From NCBI GenBank assembly GCA_963666285.1, contig OY762711.1: a stretch of DNA of 64,000 bases. One strand, written 5' to 3'. Positions 40,611 through 50,589 of the stretch are shown here, one piece after another. Position numbers and translations under genes: made by a program. The stretch comes from Sedimentisphaerales bacterium. Lineage in GTDB: Bacteria; Planctomycetota; Phycisphaerae; Sedimentisphaerales; SM23-30. The notes under the pieces are model-generated. The model was given only the letters and a program-made list of their open reading frames with translations, was not told where the DNA came from and searched no databases. How positions within the stretch are numbered: the stretch's first letter is position 1; each line of letters opens with the position of its first letter.

Positions 40611-41225
40611 ATGAAAAAAGTACTAATACCAACCATTATATCAGCCTTAATGATCGTAATAAACGGTTGCGGTCCGGCTATCGGACTGGTCATGGACATT
40701 TTACCCAAACCTGATATTCCGGCCAAATATACGATGGAAGATAAAAACGTTCTCGTATTCGTAGCCAGCCTGACTACATCCGAGACCGGCCCTGTATTTT
40801 CCCATGCATTATCTGATCAGGTCACCTCCGAGCTGGTTAAAAACAAAGCGGTTGCCTCAACTGTAAAATTTTCACAATTAAGTGACTTAATGCTAAACAC
40901 CAGCGATATGATAACAGCAGAGTATGCAGGTAGAGAGTTAGGAGCAGACCTAATCTTAAAAATTGAAATCCAGCACCTGACGTTCGACTACAGAAGTGCT
41001 GATAACTGTCGCGTTGGCCAGGCGTTATGCTTCGTCTCGGTACTGGATGGAAAAACAGGCAAACGCTATTGGCCTGAAGATAAAATCAAGGAATCCTTGA
41101 TGATCAACAGCAAACTTGAAATTAATGCTGACGATAAGCTCTCACTGAGCAAAATACAAAGAGACCTGGCCAAGAATGCCAGTCTGCAAATATCAAAACT
41201 GTTTTACAAACATAAAGACGAATAA
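40611..41225 (+). CDS. Putative lipoprotein (distant paralogue of upstream gene)
   Basis: Signal peptide ending in INGC; shares the Y..E..K.VL and C-terminal F..HK pattern with 39928-40596. Confidence 0.75.
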   Translation: MKKVLIPTIISALMIVINGCGPAIGLVMDILPKPDIPAKYTMEDKNVLVFVASLTTSETGPVFSHALSDQVTSELVKNKAVASTVKFSQLSDLMLNTSDMITAEYAGRELGADLILKIEIQHLTFDYRSADNCRVGQALCFVSVLDGKTGKRYWPEDKIKESLMINSKLEINADDKLSLSKIQRDLAKNASLQISKLFYKHKDE

Positions 41226-41299
41226 ATCATAGCAATATATTTTGATCCAAGTTTGTATAATTTCTTGACTTACAAATAATTTTAGATATCATTTTTGAC

Positions 41300-42781
41300 A
41301 TGAAAACAAATAGAATAATAAGTGAATACGAACAGGCAAGACTAGATAAACTGGTTAAACTAAAGGAATTAGGAATAGACCCTTACGGCGGATATTTTCC
41401 TGATACAGATACAATTTCAGACGTTCTGGCAAAATTTGACCCGGAAAATGAAGAAATAAATGTCTGTGCAGCGGGCCGAATCATGCTCCACAGAACAATG
41501 GGAAACCTGATGTTTTCCACTATTAAGGACTGGACTGGCAGCATCCAGATAGGTATCAGTAAAAAATTGGTAGGTGACGGCTGGAATATTGCTAAACTAC
41601 TCGATTTGGGCGATATCGTAGGCATTAAAGGTGTACTAGGTCAAACAAAAACCGGTGAAATCACTATTTGGGTCAAAGAGCTTACTATTCTCAGTAAGGC
41701 TACCTTGCCACCGCCTGATAAGTTTTCCGGTTTACAGGATGTCGAAAGAAGATACCGCCAAAGATACGTGGATCTATTCACCAATCAGGATGTCATGTCA
41801 ACATTCAAGGACCGCAGCAAAATTATTGCCGATATAAGATCTTTGCTCAGAAGCAAAAGTTTTATTGAGGTTGAAACTCCTATGATGCAGTCCATAGCAG
41901 GTGGAGCTGCGGCAAGGCCGTTTATAACACACCACAACACTCTGGATATGCAGCTCTATATGCGTATAGCCCCGGAATTGTTCTTGAAACGATTGCTTGT
42001 TGGCGGCATGGAAAAGGTTTTTGAAATCAACCGTAATTTCAGAAATGAAGGGTTTAGCACCCGCCATAACCCTGAATTTACCATGTGCGAACTTTACCAG
42101 GCATATGCCGATTATAATGTTATGATGGATATTATGGAAGATATCACATGCCATTTGGTAGAACAGCGATCTGATAACATGAAGCTTGAATACAATGGAC
42201 GTGAAATTGACTATTCACGACCATGGCGTCGAGCAACTTACGCAGAACTGTTTAACGAACATTGCCCGTGTAACATTGATGATATCGGTGCTGTACGTGC
42301 AACAGCTAAATCAATTGGAATTGAAGAAGCTAAAATGGATGACATAGTTGTAATCAATGAAGTGTTCGAGCATTATGTCGAAGAACACCTGATAAATCCG
42401 ACATTTGTCAAAGATTATCCTTCAGAGCTATGTGTACTGACAAAACAAAAGGCTTCAGACCCTTCAATCGCTGAAAGGTTCGAGCTTTTCATCTCAGGCA
42501 TGGAAGTTGCGAACGCATATACAGAATTGAATGATCCGGCTGTCCAGGAAGCCAATTTCATGAACCAGCTTAAAGGCCAGGAAGAAACTGAAGCTCAAAT
42601 GGATGAGGATTTTGTCGAGGCATTGAGATATGGAATGCCACCGGCCGGAGGTTTAGGTTTTGGAGTTGACAGGCTTGTTATGCTGATGACAAATAATCCA
42701 AGCATACGAGATGTTATCCTGTTTCCACTTATGCGGCCCCAAACAGAAGAACCTGCCAAACAGGAATCTGAAGAAAAATAG
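41300..42781 (+). CDS. lysS: Lysine--tRNA ligase (class II)
   Basis: YRQRYVDL, GGAAARPF.THHN, FRNEG..HNPEFT, YGMPPAGGLG.G.DRL. Confidence 0.97.
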   Translation: MKTNRIISEYEQARLDKLVKLKELGIDPYGGYFPDTDTISDVLAKFDPENEEINVCAAGRIMLHRTMGNLMFSTIKDWTGSIQIGISKKLVGDGWNIAKLLDLGDIVGIKGVLGQTKTGEITIWVKELTILSKATLPPPDKFSGLQDVERRYRQRYVDLFTNQDVMSTFKDRSKIIADIRSLLRSKSFIEVETPMMQSIAGGAAARPFITHHNTLDMQLYMRIAPELFLKRLLVGGMEKVFEINRNFRNEGFSTRHNPEFTMCELYQAYADYNVMMDIMEDITCHLVEQRSDNMKLEYNGREIDYSRPWRRATYAELFNEHCPCNIDDIGAVRATAKSIGIEEAKMDDIVVINEVFEHYVEEHLINPTFVKDYPSELCVLTKQKASDPSIAERFELFISGMEVANAYTELNDPAVQEANFMNQLKGQEETEAQMDEDFVEALRYGMPPAGGLGFGVDRLVMLMTNNPSIRDVILFPLMRPQTEEPAKQESEEK

Positions 42782-42798
42782 TTATAATTTGCACTTTT

Positions 42799-42830
42799 AA
42801 AACGCAGGACTAATCCTGCGTTTTTTTTTT
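42799..42830 (+). terminator. Rho-independent terminator after lysS (probably bidirectional)
   Basis: AAAACGCAGGA-CTAA-TCCTGCGTTTT followed by more Ts. Confidence 0.85.
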
Positions 42831-42844
42831 GGGGACTCAATAAG

Positions 42845-45800
42845 CTATTGACATTCACTAGGAACAATATCTGCACCGTTGATCATTATGTAATCGATAT
42901 TAGCCAGTCCGCCACTATTGACAGCCTGAAGTCGAATAGAATGGATCCCCACCGTCAGATATAAATCTTTGGAAACCTGTGACCAAGTCGTCCAGTCCCC
43001 TGTTCCCGGAAAACTCACCTCTTCAATACTAATAGCGTCGACAAGTATTATACCCGGACGATCACTGCTGCCGTTGGCATAACGCCATGAAATAGTATAA
43101 ACACCGGCTTGAGCAACCTCAACAGACCAGTTGACGCCTTCTCCGACAGCATTTTGAGTATTAACAAAACCGTCTCCGGTAAAACCGGAATTGTTACTAT
43201 CGATACTGCCTCCTGAATCAACACTGCAATAGCCAGATTCATTTTCCTGGATAATAATAGTAACATATGAATTTACTTCACCAGAAACAAGTACAGAAAC
43301 AGTATCAGTGAAAATTACAGAATCCGTTTCAATAGTAAAATCGAAGCTGGCCAAGCCAACAAAGTCATTCGCTGGTATAAAGCTAACGGTATGGCCGTCT
43401 GCTAATAAGACAGCAGATCCATTATTAATATTTGAAATAGTATAAGTACCTGTTTCAAATCCACTTGTGTAATATTCAAGATCAATATCTATCTGAGTAT
43501 TTTTATCTGTGTGGCCATGAGAACAAGCAAGCCAGTTAAGATATTCTTCAAGATTTGTATATCCATCATTGTCAAGATCCCCATTATTGTCAGCAGCCAT
43601 TGAATTAAGACCGGCAATAGAATTTTCCCAATGATCCGGCATGCCGTCCTGATCGGAGTCCTGGGGAGCGATACCGCCAGAAATTACAGATGGTCCGCCG
43701 ACATCCTCATAACTGTATATTATTCCTCCTGTCTGGGTGACAACCTGATCAATAATTCGCTCATCAGTAGAGTCACGGTCCTGCCAGCAACCAACTTGAG
43801 AAAGCACTCTCTGATATGCCAGTTCGGGCGAATCAGTCTGAACCGGTGGGAATTCATATGGAATAGAAACAATATCAGGTAAAGCATCCGGCTCAAGCAT
43901 ATCATATCCCAGGTCAACAGCATTTGCAATACCATCTCTATTTGAATCAATTCGATTATCATTGAAATAAAGATGGTAATTGGAATTACCGGTAATTACC
44001 ATTATACCATCATCTGTCGTCGTACTTGATCCTGCTATGTAATAATTACCAATACAATTTGCATGGCATTGGGCTCCAGTATTTCCACCTGCAATATACG
44101 GAGCAAAACCCCAGTCATACGCAACATTATTTCTGTAATCAAATTCACCTTTATTTTTCGGATTTCGATCATTATTATGGGCATACAAACAATGATGCAT
44201 TGACAGGACCGGCATCTCAAGCAGACTGCCCTTGGAATGCCCAAGAATATTCTGCCCTTCGGTGATCATACACCATTGAGCGGTAATATTTTGTGACTTA
44301 TTCATTGAAAATACTTCATCTGTACCCCATGAGACAGATAGATGGTCATATATATTATCCGAACATGTATCATTCAGACTCAATGCATCATCCTGTTCAC
44401 TATTATTGGTATACCGGATACGTAAATAACGCATTATTAAATCGTCAGCACCAATAGACACTCCGGGACCTACAATAGATATTCCCTCACCAGGAGCGGT
44501 CTGACCGGCAATGGTCAAACGGTTTGCAGTAATACTCAAACGTGAAGATAATGTAATCTGTCCACCAACATCAAAAACAATAGTTCGGTCACTCTGACTG
44601 ACAGCATCTCTTAAACTGCCAGAACCAGAGTCATTTAGATTCGTTACATGATAGACTGAACCACCTCGACCTCCTTTGGCAAATCTGCCAAAACCTTCTG
44701 CAAAAGTAAATGCCGGCGTAGTAGTTGTAAACTGCCATACAGAGCTTATTGAAGTACCGGACGCACTAATACATTTTACCTGCCAGTAATATTTTGTATT
44801 TGCCTCTACCACCGGACTGAGTATAGACGAATGACTTGTCGTCATATAAAAATCAGGAGGATTTTGAGTACCAAAATATACTACAAATGAATCAGGCTGG
44901 AAACCACTATCCCAGCTTAGCTGCACTGCCTCAAGAGGATATTTTACTTCTGTCTCTCCATTCGAAGGGGAAGGAGATACAGCCTGCATTTGACCGGTAG
45001 TAAATCGCCAGAGATTGCCATTATAAATATTATTATCGTTTATTGAATCTATCCGCCAATAATAAGTTGTATTAGGCAATAATGAAGGGGAATAAACCTT
45101 ACCTTCAGTGCTGGTAGTATAATATTCCGGCTCAATTGAAGTGCCAAAGTAAATATCAAAAGATTCAGCTCCAAATCCGGGAGTCCATCTCAACTCTACT
45201 GAATTTGAATCTACTTCAACATAAGACTCTCCATTTTCAGGCGATGGTGAAGTTGCCTGAGAAGAGCCAGTGGTAAACTGCCAGATATTTCCCTCATCAA
45301 TTTCAGAGCAGTTTGCACTTGCAACACGCCAATAATAAGTAGTTTCTGGCAAGAGACTGTATATTTCGGGATCAGAAATAACCATTTCCTGAGTACTCCC
45401 TAAAAATGTTGAATCACATTCATTTAGCCAATCATAGGCAAGAATAGCCAAATCTGTAAAATCAACCTGGCCATTTAAGTCAAGATCAGCACAAGGATAA
45501 AACGGTTTTTGCTGCCATGATGATGCCATATGGCCGAAATCATTTATATCAACAAACCGACTGCCGTCAATATCCCCTGATAACTTTTGAGCATTATTTA
45601 CAATGCTGCTGCTACCGCCGAAATAGATATCACTTGAATCTGCTACATAGCCTTTGGACCATTTCAGAGCCTCAGGAATTTCTAAAATAGTGGAATTATC
45701 TGCTGGAAAAGGCTTAAAGGCATAATGGGGTATATCAGACAGGTGAGTTATCTTGATTTCATCAATCATACCGCGAAAGTTCCTATTAGCCGGCTTACTT

Positions 45801-46474
45801 CCTACAGATGGTCTGGTAGAGCCAAATGTAATATCGGAGGAAGTCGCTTTTAAGTCATAACTGCCAATATCGGATACAACTTGCTCAATACCTGTCGTTG
45901 TATCGAGTATAGAAAAAATCAGATTATGGTTTTTATCATAAGAACCCTTAACATACAACCATCTATCTTTCAGGTCTCCAATTATTATTTTAGGGTTAAT
46001 ATTACCACTGCTGAGAATAACCTTAAAATTCATGTAATCACTTTCTACGCCGCTGCCTCCTGGCCAAATACCCATTTCAAATACAGAAGAAGAAAATAAA
46101 TAAGTTACTGCAGCATCAAGCTCTGTTGGTAACGCAGAGATATAAATCATATATTCAATAAATAACTCATTGTATGAAGAAGACCAGAAAGAACCGCAGT
46201 TAGCAAACTGTCCGCCTTCGAACAATAACGCATTACCCTGATATCCCGGTACTACAGACGGTGGTGTTTCATTAAGTCCGGAGCGAAATAAAATGAAATT
46301 ATGATCTCGACCCTGATTCAAATAATCATCGTCAGCCGTATAAGGCATATCATCACTATAGTAAACTGACTCCATATGCCAAAGGCCGACTGTTGCAATA
46401 TCATCAGAAAGAGGAACTGCAAAAGCGAAAGTATAAAAAATGACCACTAGAAATAAGCTGCAAAAATATTTCAT
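42845..46474 (-). CDS. Modular secreted pectate lyase (PL1-like): LamG-like, dockerin-like, Fn3-like repeats, lyase, Ig-like and CBM35-like domains
   Basis: AEGFGRFAKGGRGG.VYHVTNLNDSG.GSLR, AGQTAPG, DHLSVSWGTDE, RNP; DIDGSRFVDINDF / DLDLNGQVDFTDL; TTYYWRV repeats; RYANG..TGDWTTW..NIDY. Confidence 0.85.
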   Translation of the reverse strand: MKYFCSLFLVVIFYTFAFAVPLSDDIATVGLWHMESVYYSDDMPYTADDDYLNQGRDHNFILFRSGLNETPPSVVPGYQGNALLFEGGQFANCGSFWSSSYNELFIEYMIYISALPTELDAAVTYLFSSSVFEMGIWPGGSGVESDYMNFKVILSSGNINPKIIIGDLKDRWLYVKGSYDKNHNLIFSILDTTTGIEQVVSDIGSYDLKATSSDITFGSTRPSVGSKPANRNFRGMIDEIKITHLSDIPHYAFKPFPADNSTILEIPEALKWSKGYVADSSDIYFGGSSSIVNNAQKLSGDIDGSRFVDINDFGHMASSWQQKPFYPCADLDLNGQVDFTDLAILAYDWLNECDSTFLGSTQEMVISDPEIYSLLPETTYYWRVASANCSEIDEGNIWQFTTGSSQATSPSPENGESYVEVDSNSVELRWTPGFGAESFDIYFGTSIEPEYYTTSTEGKVYSPSLLPNTTYYWRIDSINDNNIYNGNLWRFTTGQMQAVSPSPSNGETEVKYPLEAVQLSWDSGFQPDSFVVYFGTQNPPDFYMTTSHSSILSPVVEANTKYYWQVKCISASGTSISSVWQFTTTTPAFTFAEGFGRFAKGGRGGSVYHVTNLNDSGSGSLRDAVSQSDRTIVFDVGGQITLSSRLSITANRLTIAGQTAPGEGISIVGPGVSIGADDLIMRYLRIRYTNNSEQDDALSLNDTCSDNIYDHLSVSWGTDEVFSMNKSQNITAQWCMITEGQNILGHSKGSLLEMPVLSMHHCLYAHNNDRNPKNKGEFDYRNNVAYDWGFAPYIAGGNTGAQCHANCIGNYYIAGSSTTTDDGIMVITGNSNYHLYFNDNRIDSNRDGIANAVDLGYDMLEPDALPDIVSIPYEFPPVQTDSPELAYQRVLSQVGCWQDRDSTDERIIDQVVTQTGGIIYSYEDVGGPSVISGGIAPQDSDQDGMPDHWENSIAGLNSMAADNNGDLDNDGYTNLEEYLNWLACSHGHTDKNTQIDIDLEYYTSGFETGTYTISNINNGSAVLLADGHTVSFIPANDFVGLASFDFTIETDSVIFTDTVSVLVSGEVNSYVTIIIQENESGYCSVDSGGSIDSNNSGFTGDGFVNTQNAVGEGVNWSVEVAQAGVYTISWRYANGSSDRPGIILVDAISIEEVSFPGTGDWTTWSQVSKDLYLTVGIHSIRLQAVNSGGLANIDYIMINGADIVPSECQ

Positions 46475-46930
46475 TAAACTTTTCTCCGTGAAAAATGGGA
46501 AGACACTGATACTCCTACTCTACAGATTTCAAATATACTATATTCATGACATGCAAGTCAAGATAATTTAATTACTGCAGAATATAACACAAATCAACAG
46601 TAATATCATTACGATGTAACTGCAAAAACACAATTATAAGACTCTAGGTATAATATATTTATGAACAACAACACATATGAAATCAACCGGAAACAATATG
46701 AGTTTAACACATAACTGGCTGCATTCTAAGCCATTTACATAGTAATAGGTTACAGATTCCATTGCGCAAGATTGCTTTTTTTTTGCGCAAAATACGCTTG
46801 AATTATAAGTAGTAAGGTTTAAAATTAAATTATAGTCATTAAGGTTAATTTCTGTAATCAATAGAAGCGGCGTCTTTGGATGCGGTATCTAGAGGCAATG
46901 TGTCTGGTAATATATTTGAGGTTTGGAAAG

Positions 46931-47647
46931 ATGAAAAAGTTACTATTGGTCATTTTCACAACGGTATTCTTAACGCAATCACTGCATGCTGCTCTTTTGC
47001 CTGCTGAAGTAAGTGCGCGTACCGAACTGTACAATGGTTCAGAATTTAAAGCAGATGAGTCAAGGGATGACGCTAGCAAGCTCAGTGTTAGAGGTGATGC
47101 TAAAGCTATGAAGTCCTGGATCAGGTTTGACTGCAGTTCCATTGACATAAGCTCTCTGATTAGTGCCGAGTTAAGAGTTACTCTACACCAGGATAAAAGC
47201 AGTTCATGCTCTGTGTCTGTTGTTAATGATGACTACTTGACAAACATTGACTGGGAAGAGGGCGACATTACCTGGAATAATGCTCCAGGAAACTATACTG
47301 CCACATGGGACGAAGTTAATGAAATCGCTGTTCCAGACAATGGTATTTCTGATAATGATCTACAAAAGAATCTGGACCCGACAGCTACAACAGTGATCGG
47401 CACCCTGAATTATGATGGTGTTGCTGGCGACCAGTTTACTATCGACGTACTTTCAGCTCTTCAGGCTGATACTGATGGTATTGTTCAGTTTGTACTTCAC
47501 GGTGCAGGCGGTAGCACAAGCTTTTCTACTCACGATCATCCTAGCGGAGCAGAATACTGGCCAACACTTGTATATGAAGTTCCGGAACCGGCTACCCTTG
47601 CCCTTATTGGCTTTGGCAGTCTGGCAGCATTAAAGAGACGTAAATAA
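46931..47647 (+). CDS. PEP-CTERM surface protein with one DNRLRE/CBM96-like domain
   Basis: Signal peptide from ATG 46931; KSWIRFD..ITWNNAP; C-terminal VPEPATLALIGFGSLAALKRRK. Confidence 0.88.
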   Translation: MKKLLLVIFTTVFLTQSLHAALLPAEVSARTELYNGSEFKADESRDDASKLSVRGDAKAMKSWIRFDCSSIDISSLISAELRVTLHQDKSSSCSVSVVNDDYLTNIDWEEGDITWNNAPGNYTATWDEVNEIAVPDNGISDNDLQKNLDPTATTVIGTLNYDGVAGDQFTIDVLSALQADTDGIVQFVLHGAGGSTSFSTHDHPSGAEYWPTLVYEVPEPATLALIGFGSLAALKRRK

Positions 47648-47664
47648 TTATTTTCAGATATTTT

Positions 47665-47700
47665 ATAAATGACACCGGTAATAATACCGGTGTCATTTAT
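47665..47700 (+). terminator. Hairpin/terminator after the PEP-CTERM gene
   Basis: ATAAATGACACCGGTA..TACCGGTGTCATTTAT long inverted repeat. Confidence 0.7.
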
Positions 47701-47870
47701 AAACAAATAAAATAGAACAGTTATTAACATAACCTCTAAATTTCTTTTATAAATAGCTAAGTATTGTTTTTTTATCAAATAATGTGAGACAATAAGTTTC
47801 TACTAAGATATCGCTTTATTTGCTAAATTATTATATATATAGATTTTATAAAAGTAATTTTGAGGTTCAT

Positions 47871-48075
47871 TATTAGTGCGGTATCACACTTTTGACTGTT
47901 CAACATTACACGCAAAGGCCAGAACAGGGCCTTGTGAATGAAAAACTTTATATTTAAGTGTATTTCCGAGCTATTTCTCGAAAGTATATTTAATTCACAG
48001 CGTTGCAGGAAGGCCCTTTTAGGAGATTTACCAGAGGCTCTTCGTTATTGCAACTTAAAGACTGCGAAAGTTAAC
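47871..48075. repeat. Dispersed multi-hairpin repeat, copy 2
   Basis: Same conserved blocks and orientation as 34363-34578, with different loop/spacer sequences. Confidence 0.85.
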
Positions 48076-48463
48076 TTTTATATAAATAATACAATTGCAA
48101 ATACTTATTATTACTGAGTATTTTTATATATACAACAAGTATCGTTTATAATATTAATTACGAAAGAATTCTTATAACCTGTAGTTCTGAAACAGGTTGA
48201 ATCCGGCTAGAGTGTTAACAACTTATGACTGTCAGATCAAATAATTTTGTTGTGTCTAGATTTTTCTTTTTTATCTAAATTGAAACTAAGCTGTCTACTA
48301 AATCATAGTACGTATATTCCATGTTTTATAGATAGATAATATTTTGAATTAGATGTTAATTATGAATAGGTAAGAATTTATGCCTGGTTTTTATGCTGGC
48401 GGGTGCGTAGCCCAAAACACCAGGAATTAAATGATAATATTTTTCACTTTCAGGAGATCTGCT

Positions 48464-50554
48464 ATGAGAAAATTATGGTTTTTCCTTCTTATGTTATGTG
48501 TGGTTTGCAGCAGTAATCTGTCTGCAGCCTCACTAGTTGCGGTAGACAGCTGCAGAACGTCATTGAATAACGGTACAACATCCGATGCTGATACCGTAAA
48601 AGCTGATTCGAACAAGCTTAGTGTTCGCGGTGATGCAAAAGCAGCAAAATCATGGATAAAGTTTGATATAAGCAGCTTGGACGTAGGTTCGTTAACAGAA
48701 TGTAAATTACAGATCAGTTTGTATAAAGCCAAAAGCAGCACCTGCCTGCTATCGGCAGTTAACGACGACTATACCACCAATATCAGCTGGTCAAATGCTG
48801 ACCTGACATGGAATACCGGTCCAGGTAACTATACCAGCGCAGATGGTGTAAATGCAGATATAACAAGCGTTTCACAGGGTGATTTACAAGATAACCTTGA
48901 CCCAAGTCAAACAACACTGATAGGTACAGTAGACTACACAAATGGTGCCGCAGGCGATAGTTATCTGATAGATGTGCTACCAATCCTACAAGCTGATACA
49001 GATGGTATTGTACAGTTTGTATTGCATGGATCTGGCGGATCTACCGATTTTGCCACTCACACTGCCGATTCAGGAGAAGAAACATATCCTATGCTGGTAT
49101 ATGAGACAATTCCCGGCGGTGATTGCCCAGACTATGGTACTACCTATGTGAACTACGCAAGCCAGAGCTGTAGAACAGAGCTTTTTGACGGAACAAATGC
49201 AAGAGTAGATGATGTTAGAGCAGATAACAATAAATTATCTGTCAGAGGCGACAGCAAGGCCAGTAAATCATGGATCAAATTTGATATAAGTGATCTTGGC
49301 ATTGATACAAGCCTGGTAAAATCTGCTACTATAAGAGTGACACTTTATGCGCCAAAAGACAATACATGTTTGCTTTCTGCAATAAATGATGACTACCTGG
49401 ATAATATCGACTGGACAGATGGCACTCTGACCTGGAATAACGCACCTGGTAATATTACCAGTACAGATGGCGTAAACCCAGAAGATACAAGTTATTCTAC
49501 CGATGACCTGCAGGACAATCTCGATCCAGGCAAAACTACGCTAATTGGAACGGTTGATTACTCAGCAGGGTCAGGCGGTGTAGCAGGCGATCAGTACTTC
49601 CTGGATGTAACATCAATTGTTAAGTCAGATACAGACGGTATAATCCAATTTGCACTGCATGGTGCAGGTGGATATACTACATTCGCAACTCACGACATGA
49701 GTACTGTTCCTGTTACTGATGGAGAAGCTGTAGATTATTATCCTCAACTGACAATATTAGAAGGTCCGGCTGGTGCAGATAATCCATATCCATGCCAGGA
49801 TGATATAGTATCCTCAGATTTAGTAGGCTTGTCCTGGTCAAACCCTGACCCAAATACAGTTTCCGGTGCAATTACCCCTACTGTTTATCTGGGAACAACA
49901 GATAATAAAGCCGAAATGGACAGCGTAACCCTGGCTCCTAATGCACAGGGCGTATTACTAAATACAGCTAATTTCCCAAATTTTGGAAATCTTCAAAATC
50001 TAACTGATTACTACTGGACCGTTGATTGCTATGATAACAGTCCGGGTGAAGAACACACCAAAGGCGGTGATACCTGGCATTTCAGAGTCAATAATAATGA
50101 TGCTCCAATAGTTGATGCCGGCCCAGACATTACCGTATGGCTAGGCATGAGTGGAACAGCCGGTCAGGAAGCTGTAGATGTTGATGCTACAGTAACCGAT
50201 GACGGTCTGCCCAATCCACCAGCAGCATTTACAATGAAATGGACACAGGTCGATAATGGTGCCGCTCACGTTGGTATTGACCCTAATGACGTTGAAGATA
50301 TTTCTTTAACATTCAGTGAACGCGGCGATTATGAATTCCTGCTAACTGCTTCTGACGGAGCGGTAGAAGGATCAGATACAGTTCGTATTGTTGTTGGTGA
50401 TACACCATGCGATGCATCGCACATGGAAACAGGCGAAGATTTTGCAGCAGGCGATTCAAATGATGACTGCCTGGTAGATCTGCAGGATCTTGTTATGCTG
50501 ATCATAAACAACTGGCTAGATTGTACAGATGCTTTAACCAACTGTGAAGACTAG
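48464..50554 (+). CDS. Secreted protein: two DNRLRE/CBM96-like domains, Ig/PKD-like domains, C-terminal dockerin-like motif
   Basis: AGGAG RBS, ATG 48464; two KLSVRGD..KSWIKFD..NDDY..TWN..DTDGI.QF.LHG units; VDAGPD; GDSNDDCLVDLQDL..NWLDC. Confidence 0.82.
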   Translation: MRKLWFFLLMLCVVCSSNLSAASLVAVDSCRTSLNNGTTSDADTVKADSNKLSVRGDAKAAKSWIKFDISSLDVGSLTECKLQISLYKAKSSTCLLSAVNDDYTTNISWSNADLTWNTGPGNYTSADGVNADITSVSQGDLQDNLDPSQTTLIGTVDYTNGAAGDSYLIDVLPILQADTDGIVQFVLHGSGGSTDFATHTADSGEETYPMLVYETIPGGDCPDYGTTYVNYASQSCRTELFDGTNARVDDVRADNNKLSVRGDSKASKSWIKFDISDLGIDTSLVKSATIRVTLYAPKDNTCLLSAINDDYLDNIDWTDGTLTWNNAPGNITSTDGVNPEDTSYSTDDLQDNLDPGKTTLIGTVDYSAGSGGVAGDQYFLDVTSIVKSDTDGIIQFALHGAGGYTTFATHDMSTVPVTDGEAVDYYPQLTILEGPAGADNPYPCQDDIVSSDLVGLSWSNPDPNTVSGAITPTVYLGTTDNKAEMDSVTLAPNAQGVLLNTANFPNFGNLQNLTDYYWTVDCYDNSPGEEHTKGGDTWHFRVNNNDAPIVDAGPDITVWLGMSGTAGQEAVDVDATVTDDGLPNPPAAFTMKWTQVDNGAAHVGIDPNDVEDISLTFSERGDYEFLLTASDGAVEGSDTVRIVVGDTPCDASHMETGEDFAAGDSNDDCLVDLQDLVMLIINNWLDCTDALTNCED

Positions 50555-50589
50555 AAATTACCAATAAATATATCAGGAGAAATATAAAA

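Noticed and set aside
48383..48425. ops/JUMPstart-like GGCGGGTGCGT in a hairpin upstream of 48464
   Set aside because: Deviates from GGCGGTAG and no NusG paralogue is visible
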